Shown in pieces: positions 10,795-19,740 of a stretch of DNA of 40,000 nucleotides (within the stretch, counting starts at the first letter, position 1; each line of letters begins with the position of its first letter). A program made the position numbers and the translations under genes. A model generated the notes under the pieces. The model saw nothing but the letters and a program-made list of their open reading frames with translations. It did no database searches and was not told the origin of the DNA. Source of the stretch: Brevundimonas sp. (GTDB lineage: Bacteria; Pseudomonadota; Alphaproteobacteria; Caulobacterales; Caulobacteraceae); the NCBI RefSeq assembly GCF_041919755.1, contig NZ_JAYRTD010000004.1, positions 185,916-225,915 on the forward strand. Direction: 5' to 3'.

Positions 10795-13700
10795 ATCCGC
10801 GCCAACGCTGTGGCGACGGCCAGGTCGGCACTGACAAAGCAGGCGCAAACGGCGTCGAGCGAGATCTTCGGTGTTCGGATGCCGTCGATCAGTTGCGCCG
10901 CCAGATCGCTTTCAAGCCGCAGGTCGCGTTCGTCACTGCCTTCGGACTGTCCCGTTCGCGCCGCTCTCGCCTGCAGCAATCCGAGGCGGCCCGAGGCGAG
11001 GGTTTCAGCCCGGCGCGCCGCGACCGCCAGTTCTTCATTGAGCGCCGGCAGGCTTCGCAAGGCGGCTTCGGCGGCGGCGCGGGCTTCGCTGCACAGATCC
11101 GCCCAATCGGAGAGATGGTCGACGCCGAGCGTCTTGAGCGCGCGCCATCGTCTGGGGTTGATGTTGAAATCCCGACCGCCCCGATCGGTGGCATTCACGC
11201 GATAGGGTGCTTCGAGCGCGGACAGAAGTTCGGCGTCGAAGACGATGCGCCGTTCGCTGTCCAGCCAGATCGTGTGGAAGCTCGGCTCCAGCGCCATGTC
11301 GCCACGACGCTTGAGGGAGGAGGCCGCGGCTGGCGTCAGCCGATTGCCCAGTTCGAGAATGTCGTACGCCGGAGCGATGTCGGCCTCCACGACGAAATCG
11401 AACCGGAAATACAGTCGTGGCGAGCCGCCTTCGGACTCCGGAAGATGCCGCCAGAACGCTGTGGACCGACCGCGTTCGTCACGCTCCGCCAGAGACCGCA
11501 GACCGGTCACAAGGGGATCGCCGTAGCGGAGCAATCGGGTCCCGAGACTGCGTCCCTGGCGGGACAGGACGGACAGCCGACGATAGCTGTAGGGTGTTGT
11601 CCATACGTCGCGTGAGCGGGTGACCCGGACATCCCGATCAATAGCCGGCTCGCAGTGTCTGAAGAAGGCGTCCAGGGGCAGAAGGGTGTGTTGGGCCCCT
11701 GTCAGATACCGGTAGCGGAATGCGCCGCCCAGGCCTGACGGAGCCTCGCCGGGGGGCTCCGGGTTGCGACCGAACATCAGGGTCGTCTGGATCCATCCGC
11801 CCAGATCAGCCTCGATCTGACGCCATTCGTCGTCGATGTCGGTCAGGGCGTCCAGCGTGTCCGCGGGGGGCGATCCGAGGGCGTCCAGAGCATCCTGCTG
11901 GTTGATGTTTCGGATCTCGCGGGCGATGCGCCCGCTGTCTCCGCCATCCTGCGCCAGCAGGTCGACAAGGCCCTCGGCACCCTCCGTGAGAAGCAGGGCC
12001 GGCAGATCGTGGACGGTCTTCTCAATGAGATACTGCAGACTGGCGATCGATCGGTCGAACACCTGCAGGCCCTCGTCGACGTAGCGACTCCAGGCCAGTT
12101 CGGTGACGTCGTCCTCGCAGCACAGCAGGAGGGATTTCACCGAGGCGCCGGAACCATAGCGATCCGCGCGACCGAGACGTTGTTCGATCCTGTTGGGATT
12201 CCACGGAAGATCGTAGTGGACGATGGTTTTTTCACCGCCCTGCAGGTTGAGGCCTTCCTCCGCACGGCGATCGCAGACCAGCACGGTCCGCGTGGGGTCG
12301 TCTCCGAAAGCCCGCCAGTCGTCGCTCGCCGGGTCGTGACGATCGACGGGGCGATCAAGAGACTGCTTCAGCGAACTCGCGATCTCGTCGGCGGTCTCCG
12401 GGTCCGAACAGAAGACGATAAACTGGCTCTTCGTCGTCAACCGGTCACGCAGGGCGATGCCCAGTTGATCGATCCGATCGCGGGCGCGCTGGGAAGCGAT
12501 CGTCGACGTCAGCGTCTGATGATACTCGGCCCGCGCCCGGGGGCCTTGGGGTGGAGGTTCGGAGGCCGGGTTGATGGCGTAGGTCGCCTGGCGCTCGGCG
12601 AGATCCCGGGACGCGGACAGGCTGCCGGCATCGACCGCCGTCGCGTCTTGCCCGACCATCTCCGCGAACCGCCAGTTCTCGCTCGCCGCCGCAGCCGCAC
12701 CGCTGGCCGCGGACCGGTATCGGACGACCTCGGCGCCCGCGCGATCCGGCGTCAGGCCGGCGACGTTCCGGCGCCGATGGCGCAACACCCGCCGGTGGAG
12801 GCGATACACCTCGCTGAGATGGTCGCGCACAAGATCGATCGCCGTGATCAGGTCCGGATCATCCTCCTGCGGCATTGTCACGATGATCTGACGCAGGCGC
12901 CCCGCCTCGCTCATGAGCCGGACATCGTCCGGGAACATCTCGGAGAGTTGGTCGAGCGTATCGTCCAGATACAGGGCGTTGTCGGGCGTCAGCGAGGCGA
13001 CGATTTCCGCAAGAGCCTGACGTCCCTCGATGCGCTTGCGGAAGGCCGCCTCGCCGTCCAGCGGGTAGCCGGTCGGGTCCAGGAGGTGGAGCATCCGCAG
13101 GAATCCGCGCTCGTTGTGCAGAGCCGGCGTGGCGGACAGGAGCAGGACCCTGTCGATGGCCGGCGCCGCGGCCACGACTTCGCTGTAGAGCGCGGCCTCC
13201 GGCGCCCGGGAGTCCGTGGTGAGATGGTGAGCTTCATCAATCACCAGCATCGTCGCGGCAGCCAGATGGCGGCGGATCTTGTCGGGCCGAGCTGACAGCG
13301 GCGCCACGATGATCGTGCTGTCCAGGAGGTCGCCGACGAAGAATTTGGTGGTGAGCTCCGCCCGCCATTGAGACACGAGGGCGTCAGGCGCCAGGATGAC
13401 GACGACGGCGTCGTCCCGATCGTCGAGAACGCACTGTCGGATCAGGACGCCGGCTTCGATGGTTTTGCCCAGGCCCACCTCATCCGCGAGCAGATAGCGC
13501 TGGATGGGGTCCTGGAGAACGCGACGAACCACCTCGACCTGGTGTGCTTCCAGTTCGATTGCGGATGAGGCGAGGGCGGACATGCCCAGCGAAGCCGCGC
13601 GCTGTCGCAGCAACGATCGCATGAACGGCGCGCGACCGTCCGTGAAACGGGGTGTTTCGGTGATCCCGGCGGACAGGAAACGGGTCGGATCGATGATGGG

Positions 13701-14081
13701 GCGATCCCAACGAACGTACACGGACCCCACGTCGAGGTGTCGCGTCATGTCGTTCGGGAACCGGACGAGCTGAGTGTCGCCATGGTCATCCAGGAGGCGG
13801 CCGATTTCCCAGGCCGCGAGTCCCGAATTGTAGGAATAGACCCGGGTCTGAGACGGCAGGGTCAGGCTCCGAATGTCGGCGGCCAGACACTGATGAAGGA
13901 CTGGCTCGTCCATCGGCGTATCGAAATATTCGACGGTGCAGTCGGGGCCATTCTGGGCGATCAGCTTGCCGATCCCCCAGTGGCGCGCCTCGCCCGCGAT
14001 GGCGGTTACGAACACTGGACGACGAGCCTCCGGTCGCCGATTTCGATGGCGAAAGCGCACTCGAAAGCCCGCCGGTCGCAC
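10791..14081 (-). CDS. dpdE: SNF2/Rad54-family helicase, DpdE-like (up to 1096 aa)
   Basis: LLADEVGLGKTIEAG (motif I), LVIDEAHHLT (II), LLLSATPALHNE (III), VLVCDRRAEEGLNLQ, HYDLPWNPNRIEQRLGRADRYG (VI). The GTG start at 14081 is uncertain; an in-frame GTG at 14015 is an alternative. Confidence 0.8.
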   Translation of the reverse strand: MRPAGFRVRFRHRNRRPEARRPVFVTAIAGEARHWGIGKLIAQNGPDCTVEYFDTPMDEPVLHQCLAADIRSLTLPSQTRVYSYNSGLAAWEIGRLLDDHGDTQLVRFPNDMTRHLDVGSVYVRWDRPIIDPTRFLSAGITETPRFTDGRAPFMRSLLRQRAASLGMSALASSAIELEAHQVEVVRRVLQDPIQRYLLADEVGLGKTIEAGVLIRQCVLDDRDDAVVVILAPDALVSQWRAELTTKFFVGDLLDSTIIVAPLSARPDKIRRHLAAATMLVIDEAHHLTTDSRAPEAALYSEVVAAAPAIDRVLLLSATPALHNERGFLRMLHLLDPTGYPLDGEAAFRKRIEGRQALAEIVASLTPDNALYLDDTLDQLSEMFPDDVRLMSEAGRLRQIIVTMPQEDDPDLITAIDLVRDHLSEVYRLHRRVLRHRRRNVAGLTPDRAGAEVVRYRSAASGAAAAASENWRFAEMVGQDATAVDAGSLSASRDLAERQATYAINPASEPPPQGPRARAEYHQTLTSTIASQRARDRIDQLGIALRDRLTTKSQFIVFCSDPETADEIASSLKQSLDRPVDRHDPASDDWRAFGDDPTRTVLVCDRRAEEGLNLQGGEKTIVHYDLPWNPNRIEQRLGRADRYGSGASVKSLLLCCEDDVTELAWSRYVDEGLQVFDRSIASLQYLIEKTVHDLPALLLTEGAEGLVDLLAQDGGDSGRIAREIRNINQQDALDALGSPPADTLDALTDIDDEWRQIEADLGGWIQTTLMFGRNPEPPGEAPSGLGGAFRYRYLTGAQHTLLPLDAFFRHCEPAIDRDVRVTRSRDVWTTPYSYRRLSVLSRQGRSLGTRLLRYGDPLVTGLRSLAERDERGRSTAFWRHLPESEGGSPRLYFRFDFVVEADIAPAYDILELGNRLTPAAASSLKRRGDMALEPSFHTIWLDSERRIVFDAELLSALEAPYRVNATDRGGRDFNINPRRWRALKTLGVDHLSDWADLCSEARAAAEAALRSLPALNEELAVAARRAETLASGRLGLLQARAARTGQSEGSDERDLRLESDLAAQLIDGIRTPKISLDAVCACFVSADLAVATALARI

Positions 14082-14177
14082 ACCGGTCGGACCGGCTGGA
14101 CCGGACTCATCGACACTCCCCGAACTGAGCGGTGACGCTCGCGCGGATGAAGTTGATTTGCAACCGTAAAGTGAGAG

Positions 14178-14879
14178 TTACGCTTGTGTCGCGAGGCTCG
14201 CCCAGCGTTCAAAGCCGCTCCGGCGGAGGTCGCAGGCTGGGCATTCGCCGCAGCCTCTGCCCCACGGGTTCATCGTGTCGACGTCACCCTTGTAGCAGGT
14301 GAGGGTTTCGGCGCGGATCAACTCGACGAGTTCAGCGCCGCCGAGCGCGTCGGCCAGGGCCCAGGTCTGCGCCTTGTCGATCCACATCAGCGGCGTCTCG
14401 AGCACGTGCCGGGATTCCATGCCGAGGTTGATGGCGACCTGCAGCGCCTTGATCGTGTCGTCCCGGCAGTCCGGATAACCGGAGTAGTCGGTTTCGCAGA
14501 CCCCCGTCACGACATGCTTTAGGCCGCGCCGGTAGGCGATCGCGGCGGCGAAGGTGAGGAACAACAGATTGCGGCCGGGCACGAAGGTGTTCGGCAGGCC
14601 CGAGGCTGCCGTGACGATCTCCACGTCCTGGGTCAGGGCGGTGTCGCTGATCTCGCCCAGGACGCCGAGATTGAGGATCCGGTCCTCGCCGAGTTTGTCG
14701 CCCCAGTCCTTCAGCGCGCGGATCCGGTCGAGGACAACCGTGCGGGCGTCAAGTTCAGCGCGGTGTCGTTGGCCGTAGTCGAAGCCGATGGTTTCGACGT
14801 GGTCGAAGCGATCCAGCGCCCAGGCCAGGCATGTGGCGGAGTCCTGTCCGCCGGAGAACAGGACAAGGGCGCCGCTCAC
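14178..14879 (-). CDS. queC: 7-cyano-7-deazaguanine (preQ0) synthase QueC
   Basis: N-terminal PP-loop [18 protein letters not shown]-terminal Zn cluster CYKG...[10 protein letters not shown]. 233 aa. GTG start overlaps the queD stop (GTGA at 14876-14879). Confidence 0.93.
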   Translation of the reverse strand: MSGALVLFSGGQDSATCLAWALDRFDHVETIGFDYGQRHRAELDARTVVLDRIRALKDWGDKLGEDRILNLGVLGEISDTALTQDVEIVTAASGLPNTFVPGRNLLFLTFAAAIAYRRGLKHVVTGVCETDYSGYPDCRDDTIKALQVAINLGMESRHVLETPLMWIDKAQTWALADALGGAELVELIRAETLTCYKGDVDTMNPWGRGCGECPACDLRRSGFERWASLATQA

Positions 14880-15265
14880 GCCGCCTCGCCGAAATAGGTG
14901 ACCTGATCTTCGGTCGAGTCGCGCAGCACCGTGACGCTGAACAGGGTGGGGATGTCATCCTCAAGCTTGCGCCAGATGTAGGCGCAGAGGTTCTCCATCG
15001 TGCCGGGGCCGAGGTCGTTGATCTCATCGAGGAAGCGGTGGTCAAGCGCATCGCGCGCCTGGGCCAGCTTCATCGCCAGCAGGGAGGTGTCGATAATCAT
15101 GCCGCTGACCGGGTTGGGCTTGCCGCGCAGGGTCACCTGGGCGCGGTACGAATGGCCGTGAATGCGCCGGCTGCCCTCGGTCTCCACGACACGTTCGAGG
15201 GTGTGGGCGCAGTCGAAGCGGAATTGTTTGGTCAGTTCATACATGGCGTGGCGAGAGAAGATCAT
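14876..15265 (-). CDS. queD: 6-carboxy-5,6,7,8-tetrahydropterin synthase QueD
   Basis: [15 protein letters not shown]...RIHGHSY (Cys plus His-Gly-His metal and active-site signature). The track start at 15424 overlaps dpdB and is Pro/Arg-rich junk. A realistic start is ATG 15265 (MIFSRH...) or ATG 15244 (MYELTK...). Confidence 0.88.
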   Translation of the reverse strand: MIFSRHAMYELTKQFRFDCAHTLERVVETEGSRRIHGHSYRAQVTLRGKPNPVSGMIIDTSLLAMKLAQARDALDHRFLDEINDLGPGTMENLCAYIWRKLEDDIPTLFSVTVLRDSTEDQVTYFGEAA

Positions 15266-15287
15266 GAGTCGCGGGTTTGGCGCAGCG

Positions 15288-16376
15288 TCATGCGTCGGCG
15301 GCCTCGGCCGCGGCGGCGCGTCTGGCGCGCAGGTCCTTGCGGACGATGCCGTCGAGGTATCGCGCCAGCATGGAGATGTCGCCGGCGGTGACATTGATCG
15401 CTTTCCAGAACCGGACATCGCCATTGCCGAAGTCCCATTGGCCTGAGGTCCAGGCCGTCCGACCCTCCAGGCAGGCGAGCCCGTCGAGGAACTGGCTCCA
15501 GGTGCGGGCGCCGCCGAGTTGGGCGAGGGTTTCCATCACGTAGCCGAGCGACTGGATGCCGGCGCCGCCGACCAGGCGGGAGGTCGAGGGCTTGTGGCTG
15601 TACCAGTCCGTGGGGAAGGCCATCTTCACGGCCTTGTAGAACTCGCTGATCAGATCGAAGCACTGCCGTTCGCCGTTCGGCTCGGTGATCATCGCCCGCA
15701 TGATGCCGTCGCTGAGTGAGTTCATCAGCACCTTCTGGATCGCCGTGTCCTTGATCACGCCCGACGGATTCGTGTGCAGATGGATCATCCCATGCAGGGA
15801 GGACGACTGATTGAAGTTCAGCCGGTCGGTCAGCTTGGACGCCAGTTGCCGGCTCTGCATCCGGTCGGGCAGGCCGTCTACGGTCGGCAGCAGTTCGTAG
15901 ATCAACGACTTCGGCAGCGGACGGGTGTTGTTCACCAGCACGAACTGGCGGCGCAGCTCAGCCTCGTCCTGGCAGATCATCAGCGACACGAAGAGCTGGA
16001 AGTCCTTGCGGGAGGACAGCCCCAGTGCGGTCAGTCGCTGCTGGCCGTCCACGACCAGGCCTTTGGGCCCGTCCGTGAGGTCGATCGTGACCTTGCAGAT
16101 CCCGTCCCCCATCTCCTCGAGTGTCACGCCTTCGGTGAAGGCGACCACGATGGCGTTGGGAATGATGGCGGTCGGCGTCTCCAGGTAGTCGCGGATCTCG
16201 CGGATATGGCCGGCGATCTGGGGGCGCTGGAAGCCGCTCAGGACGCCTTCGCCATCCCGGCTGACGCGGTCGATCTCGGAGAAACTCAGGACTTGTTCGG
16301 CGGTCGCGGCGAACGTCAGCACGTCGTGGACGGCGCTCTGTTTCGCGCGCGCCGCCATGAAGCTCAGGGTCGTCAT
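15288..16376 (-). CDS. dpdB: DGQHR-domain (ParB/DndB-like) protein, DpdB
   Basis: GFQRPQIAGHIREIRDYL...PNAIVVAF and VVDGQQRLTAL (DGQHR-type motif, here DGQQR). Immediately downstream of dpdA with an ATGA overlap at 16373-16376. Confidence 0.8.
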   Translation of the reverse strand: MTTLSFMAARAKQSAVHDVLTFAATAEQVLSFSEIDRVSRDGEGVLSGFQRPQIAGHIREIRDYLETPTAIIPNAIVVAFTEGVTLEEMGDGICKVTIDLTDGPKGLVVDGQQRLTALGLSSRKDFQLFVSLMICQDEAELRRQFVLVNNTRPLPKSLIYELLPTVDGLPDRMQSRQLASKLTDRLNFNQSSSLHGMIHLHTNPSGVIKDTAIQKVLMNSLSDGIMRAMITEPNGERQCFDLISEFYKAVKMAFPTDWYSHKPSTSRLVGGAGIQSLGYVMETLAQLGGARTWSQFLDGLACLEGRTAWTSGQWDFGNGDVRFWKAINVTAGDISMLARYLDGIVRKDLRARRAAAAEAADA

Positions 16377-17659
16377 GCGGCTTGGTCCTTGGCGGGTGTG
16401 AGAGCGTCGACGACGGTCTTGAAGGCGGCGAGGTTATGGATGCCGCGGCGCTTGTTGCGGTTGCTGGCGCGGAAGATCATCACCTCGATGCCGACGTCCT
16501 TGCAGATTCGGCAGCCGCAGCGGCGCCAGGGTTTGTCGGTCAGGGTCTCTCGGTAGCGCGACCGCAGCTTTTCCATGGTCGGCTTGTCGCGAACAAACTC
16601 GTAGGCCTGTCCAGTCGCCAGCACGGCGTTGTACTCGAGAACCGTCTCAAGAACCGCTTCGAGATCCTGGTCGTCGTGGTCGTAAGCCCGTAAGGCCGCC
16701 AGAGCGCTGGTCTCCATGCGGGTGAGGTGCTCCGCCTTGAAATCCCCTTGGCGTACGTGGCGCTGCAGACGCGGGTTCTCGATCGCCTGGGGAACGCGGA
16801 TCGCCGTGTAGTAGGACAGTCGGGGGCCGTCTCCGAGCCAGTAGTTCTGTTTGTCGTCCTTGAAGGCGCGGATCAGCGGCGAGGTCGTGTCGACGCTGGT
16901 GACGTTGAACGGCACGAACTCGTGGATCTCGTTGGGCTTGGCGAAGCCGAGAATATGAAGTCGGGTCGAGGGCGGGACGGCGTCCCGGATCGCCATGAGG
17001 CACCGCTTGATCTGCTCGGCCTTCAGCGGAACCATGCCTCCGATGGCGAGGTAGTCGTACCCCATGGCGACGAGGCGCCGGGCGGCTTCGGCCATGCTGT
17101 CCGGCGACCAGCCCTGGATGACGCCCATCGGCGTGAAATCCTTCACGCTCCGGGCCTCGCGCAGGAAGGCGTCCGCGTTCTCCAGAGTGATGTCGTAACG
17201 CCGGCGCGCTTCGGCCGAACCGCCGGTCATTCCGAAGACGCTCTCGTCGAAGTCGAAGATGATGTGGTCGACCGAGCAGCCGTGGGTGAACCCGCAGTCG
17301 TGGTAGAACTCCACCGTGTCGGCTGGGGTGTAGGGCGGATTGTCGTCGGCGACGTAGGTGAAGGCGCCGCAATCTCCGAACAGGTCCAGATCCGCGAACT
17401 CCGGCTTGTTGAGGCGCAGAAACTCGCGCGCGCCGACCCGACGGAAACGCATGGCCTGCGCTTCGGTGTACTTGCCCCTGACCGGCCCGTCTCCGACGAT
17501 CCCCCGCGAGACCAGCATCCCGTGATAGGGCGCATAGCCGAGGATCTCGTGCGGATAGGCATCGTCCCAATATGGCTTGCGGCCCGGGGTGTTGCGATCG
17601 TTGATGAAGTCGTAGCCCGGATCCACGAAGTCCAGGCTGTCGGCATAGATGAACTTCAA
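16373..17659 (-). CDS. dpdA: tRNA-guanine-transglycosylase-like DNA transglycosylase DpdA
   Basis: 428-aa TGT-superfamily protein. C-terminal Zn motif CGCRIC...(22 aa)...H, as in TGT CxCxxC-H. Embedded between DGQHR genes next to queC and queD. Apparent TTG start forms a TTGA overlap with the upstream stop. Confidence 0.85.
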   Translation of the reverse strand: MKFIYADSLDFVDPGYDFINDRNTPGRKPYWDDAYPHEILGYAPYHGMLVSRGIVGDGPVRGKYTEAQAMRFRRVGAREFLRLNKPEFADLDLFGDCGAFTYVADDNPPYTPADTVEFYHDCGFTHGCSVDHIIFDFDESVFGMTGGSAEARRRYDITLENADAFLREARSVKDFTPMGVIQGWSPDSMAEAARRLVAMGYDYLAIGGMVPLKAEQIKRCLMAIRDAVPPSTRLHILGFAKPNEIHEFVPFNVTSVDTTSPLIRAFKDDKQNYWLGDGPRLSYYTAIRVPQAIENPRLQRHVRQGDFKAEHLTRMETSALAALRAYDHDDQDLEAVLETVLEYNAVLATGQAYEFVRDKPTMEKLRSRYRETLTDKPWRRCGCRICKDVGIEVMIFRASNRNKRRGIHNLAAFKTVVDALTPAKDQAA

Positions 17660-18756
17660 CGGGTCGGCCTCGAAAGCTCTCGGTCGAGTTTGAGCAGATG
17701 CTCACTCAGACCTTTGACGTGTTTGCTGGTGGCTTGAATGTCGTCCCAGGCCCAGCCCAGCCCTTCCCAGTCGCCGCTCGTCCAGCGACATCGGGGCGCG
17801 ATGCGGTCCAGGGCGGCTGCGACTTCCGCGGCCGGGTCGGCGCTGGCGTCGGCGCGGGTCCAGATCGGATCCATCAGGGCGCCCATCGCCTGGATGCCGG
17901 CCGAATGCATCAGGCGGCTGTCCTCGGAGGACAGGCCCCAGGCGTCGGGGAAGGCGTCGCGGACCGCGCTCCAGTAGATGCAGAGCGCCTGGAATGCGGC
18001 GTCCGTCCCGCCCTCGAGATCATAGGCGCCAAGCGCGCCGGCCGGACGCAGATTGGCCGCGATCGCCCGCGTCAGGCCGGAGTCGGTCACCACGCCTTTT
18101 GCGCCGTCACTCTGGGATTCGCGTTTGATGAGCCCCACGAACGGAGACTCGGGATGGTCCGCCAGCGCGGCGCACAGGGCGCTGGGGACCTGTCTCGGCT
18201 TGAGCGACTTGGGTAGGGCGATCGACATCGCTGGCAGCAGTTCGTCGATCAGTCGGGACGACAGCGGTTTGGCCTTGTTCACGAGGATGAACTGCGCCCT
18301 CTGGGTCTCGACTTCGTCCGAGATGAAGGCGACGACCGGCACTTGCAGTTGGGCCTGCTTGGCTTTCGACAGTGCGAGCGATCGTTGTTGGCCGTCGACA
18401 ATCCATGCGGCCCTCTGCCCTTCCGCCCGGATCGGGATGTGGAGCACTCCGCTGCGGACGTCGCCCCGCTCGGCAGCGGGACCGCGGGCGGACTCGAACC
18501 GGACCTGAGGAGACAGCGCCAGGATGATAGCGTTCGGGAAAAGGACGGGACCCTGGCTCAGGAACTCGGCGATCTCCGAGACGTGGGCCCGGATCTCTTT
18601 ACGCTGGAAGCCTTCGAGATTGCCCTCGCCCCGTCGCAGGCGGCTGATGTCGGCGACCTCGGTGACCTGATCGCCGGGCAGGAAGAAGGCGTACACTTCA
18701 ATGTCCGGACCTTGCCGGGTCTTGAGCGCGCGAACCGAGAGCTTGGCCCCCTTCAT
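17656..18756 (-). CDS. Second DGQHR-domain (DpdB-like) paralog
   Basis: GFQRKEIRAHVSEIAEFL...PNAIILAL, IVDGQQRSLAL, FILVNKAKPL, SRLMHSAGIQAMG and RWTSGDW all align with the dpdB product at 15288-16376. Start moved to ATG 18754-18756 (MKGAKLSV...), giving an ATGA overlap with the upstream stop. Confidence 0.8.
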   Translation of the reverse strand: MKGAKLSVRALKTRQGPDIEVYAFFLPGDQVTEVADISRLRRGEGNLEGFQRKEIRAHVSEIAEFLSQGPVLFPNAIILALSPQVRFESARGPAAERGDVRSGVLHIPIRAEGQRAAWIVDGQQRSLALSKAKQAQLQVPVVAFISDEVETQRAQFILVNKAKPLSSRLIDELLPAMSIALPKSLKPRQVPSALCAALADHPESPFVGLIKRESQSDGAKGVVTDSGLTRAIAANLRPAGALGAYDLEGGTDAAFQALCIYWSAVRDAFPDAWGLSSEDSRLMHSAGIQAMGALMDPIWTRADASADPAAEVAAALDRIAPRCRWTSGDWEGLGWAWDDIQATSKHVKGLSEHLLKLDRELSRPTR

Positions 18757-19667
18757 CGAACACGTCCGTTTTTTCTGGCGGCGGAGACGAGCGCGAACAG
18801 ACGTTTGAACCGCCCTTGCTCGCAAGCTGTGGCCAGGTCGTCGCGCAGCCGTCGCAACATGGCCCCCGACCGCCCCTGGACGATGTCCCAGTCGCGTTTG
18901 ATGATGGCCGTGATCTCCTCGTCCGACCTCTTCGCTCGCGTGGGAAGTTGGCGAGCGAAGTATCCCGCCAGGCTCGCTTCCACGGCGCGACGATGCTCAT
19001 CCTGGGTGCCTTCGGCGGCAATGGCGGAGGCGAAGTGCCTGAGCGCGCGCTGAGCGAAGTCGCTTTGGGTGCCGGCATGTCCGTTCCCCAGGGCGTCGAG
19101 ACGATCGTCATAGGGCATCCAGGCGGGCAGGAGATCTTCCGCCGCGCCGTGGGGTTGCTCTTTCGTGAAAAGGCGAAGGCGATCGCGGCGCTCTGACGGC
19201 CACTGGGCCCACTCTTCGGCGACCATGGCGAGGTAGCCGGACGAGAGCGCCGCCAGGATCAGTCCATCCTCGGTCTCGACGGCGGTGGTGTGAAAGGGGG
19301 ACTGGGTCTGGATTGACGCCCACCATTCCGATGGCGTGCTGGCGGTTTTCACAAGGATGCCGTCCGGATCACCGGCGGCGGTCGTCAGGCTGTAGGAGGG
19401 AACAGACGTCGTTCCAGCGACCAACCCGAGGCCAGCGGACACGATGGCGAGACGGGCGTCGAGCGACTTCGCGGTTTTGGCCGCGTCATGAAAGGCCCGT
19501 CCGCCATAGAGTTCGCCAGCCAAGACGGTCGGCTTCGCAGCCCGCAGACGTTTGGCCCACGCCGTCGCTACGGTGGCCGAAGACCCCTCCGCCAAGGCGC
19601 CAGCGTGCAGCGTCGGGTCGAGCGGGGTCCGCTTTCTTTTGCTGCAGTTGGAGATAACGAGGGTCAC
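18753..19667 (-). CDS. dpdC: Candidate DpdC (about 304 aa; first gene of the modification module)
   Basis: High-GC3 coding starts at GTG 19665-19667 (VTLVISNCSKRKR...). The 42 codons between ATG 19796 and this GTG have only 19/42 G/C at third positions, so the track start 19841 and ATG 19796 are unlikely. Function assigned by position next to dpdA and dpdB only. Confidence 0.5.
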   Translation of the reverse strand: MTLVISNCSKRKRTPLDPTLHAGALAEGSSATVATAWAKRLRAAKPTVLAGELYGGRAFHDAAKTAKSLDARLAIVSAGLGLVAGTTSVPSYSLTTAAGDPDGILVKTASTPSEWWASIQTQSPFHTTAVETEDGLILAALSSGYLAMVAEEWAQWPSERRDRLRLFTKEQPHGAAEDLLPAWMPYDDRLDALGNGHAGTQSDFAQRALRHFASAIAAEGTQDEHRRAVEASLAGYFARQLPTRAKRSDEEITAIIKRDWDIVQGRSGAMLRRLRDDLATACEQGRFKRLFALVSAARKNGRVR

Positions 19668-19740
19668 AGTTTCCGCGCCAGGTTTGTTACGATCTGCTGC
19701 AGTTTCTGCGAGCAAATCACGATTTCGAGGCGCAGTTTCC
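19666..19740 (-). promoter_or_regulatory. Three phased CAGTTTC (minus strand GAAACTG) motifs in the dpdC leader
   Basis: ACAGTTTCC at 19666-19674, GCAGTTTCT at 19699-19707, GCAGTTTCC at 19732-19740. Spacing is exactly 33 and 33 bp. The promoter-distal copy abuts the proposed GTG start. Confidence 0.3.

Noticed and set aside
12009-13295. 428-aa plus-strand ORF
   Set aside because: Antisense to the SNF2 helicase (dpdE) core, whose minus-strand frame contains motifs I-VI. No recognisable domain.
14006-14212. 68-aa minus-strand ORF (with an internal 34-aa MSPVQ... start) in the queC-dpdE gap
   Set aside because: It overlaps the dpdE 5' end out of frame, has no Shine-Dalgarno and no recognisable features. 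It is more likely non-coding leader sequence.
16647-17705. 352-aa minus-strand ORF overlapping dpdA in another frame
   Set aside because: The product is Pro/Arg/Gly-rich and lacks motifs. The dpdA frame has the TGT zinc motif and coupled start and stop codons.
18757-18825. N-terminal extensions of ORF-track genes (also 7317-7349, 8219-8296, 10795-10848, 15266-15424, 19668-19841, 21054-21107, 22150-22176, 31060-31191)
   Set aside because: The extensions overlap the upstream gene, are Arg/Pro-rich or low in GC3, and in each case an internal start creates a 4-nt coupled junction or has a proper Shine-Dalgarno.
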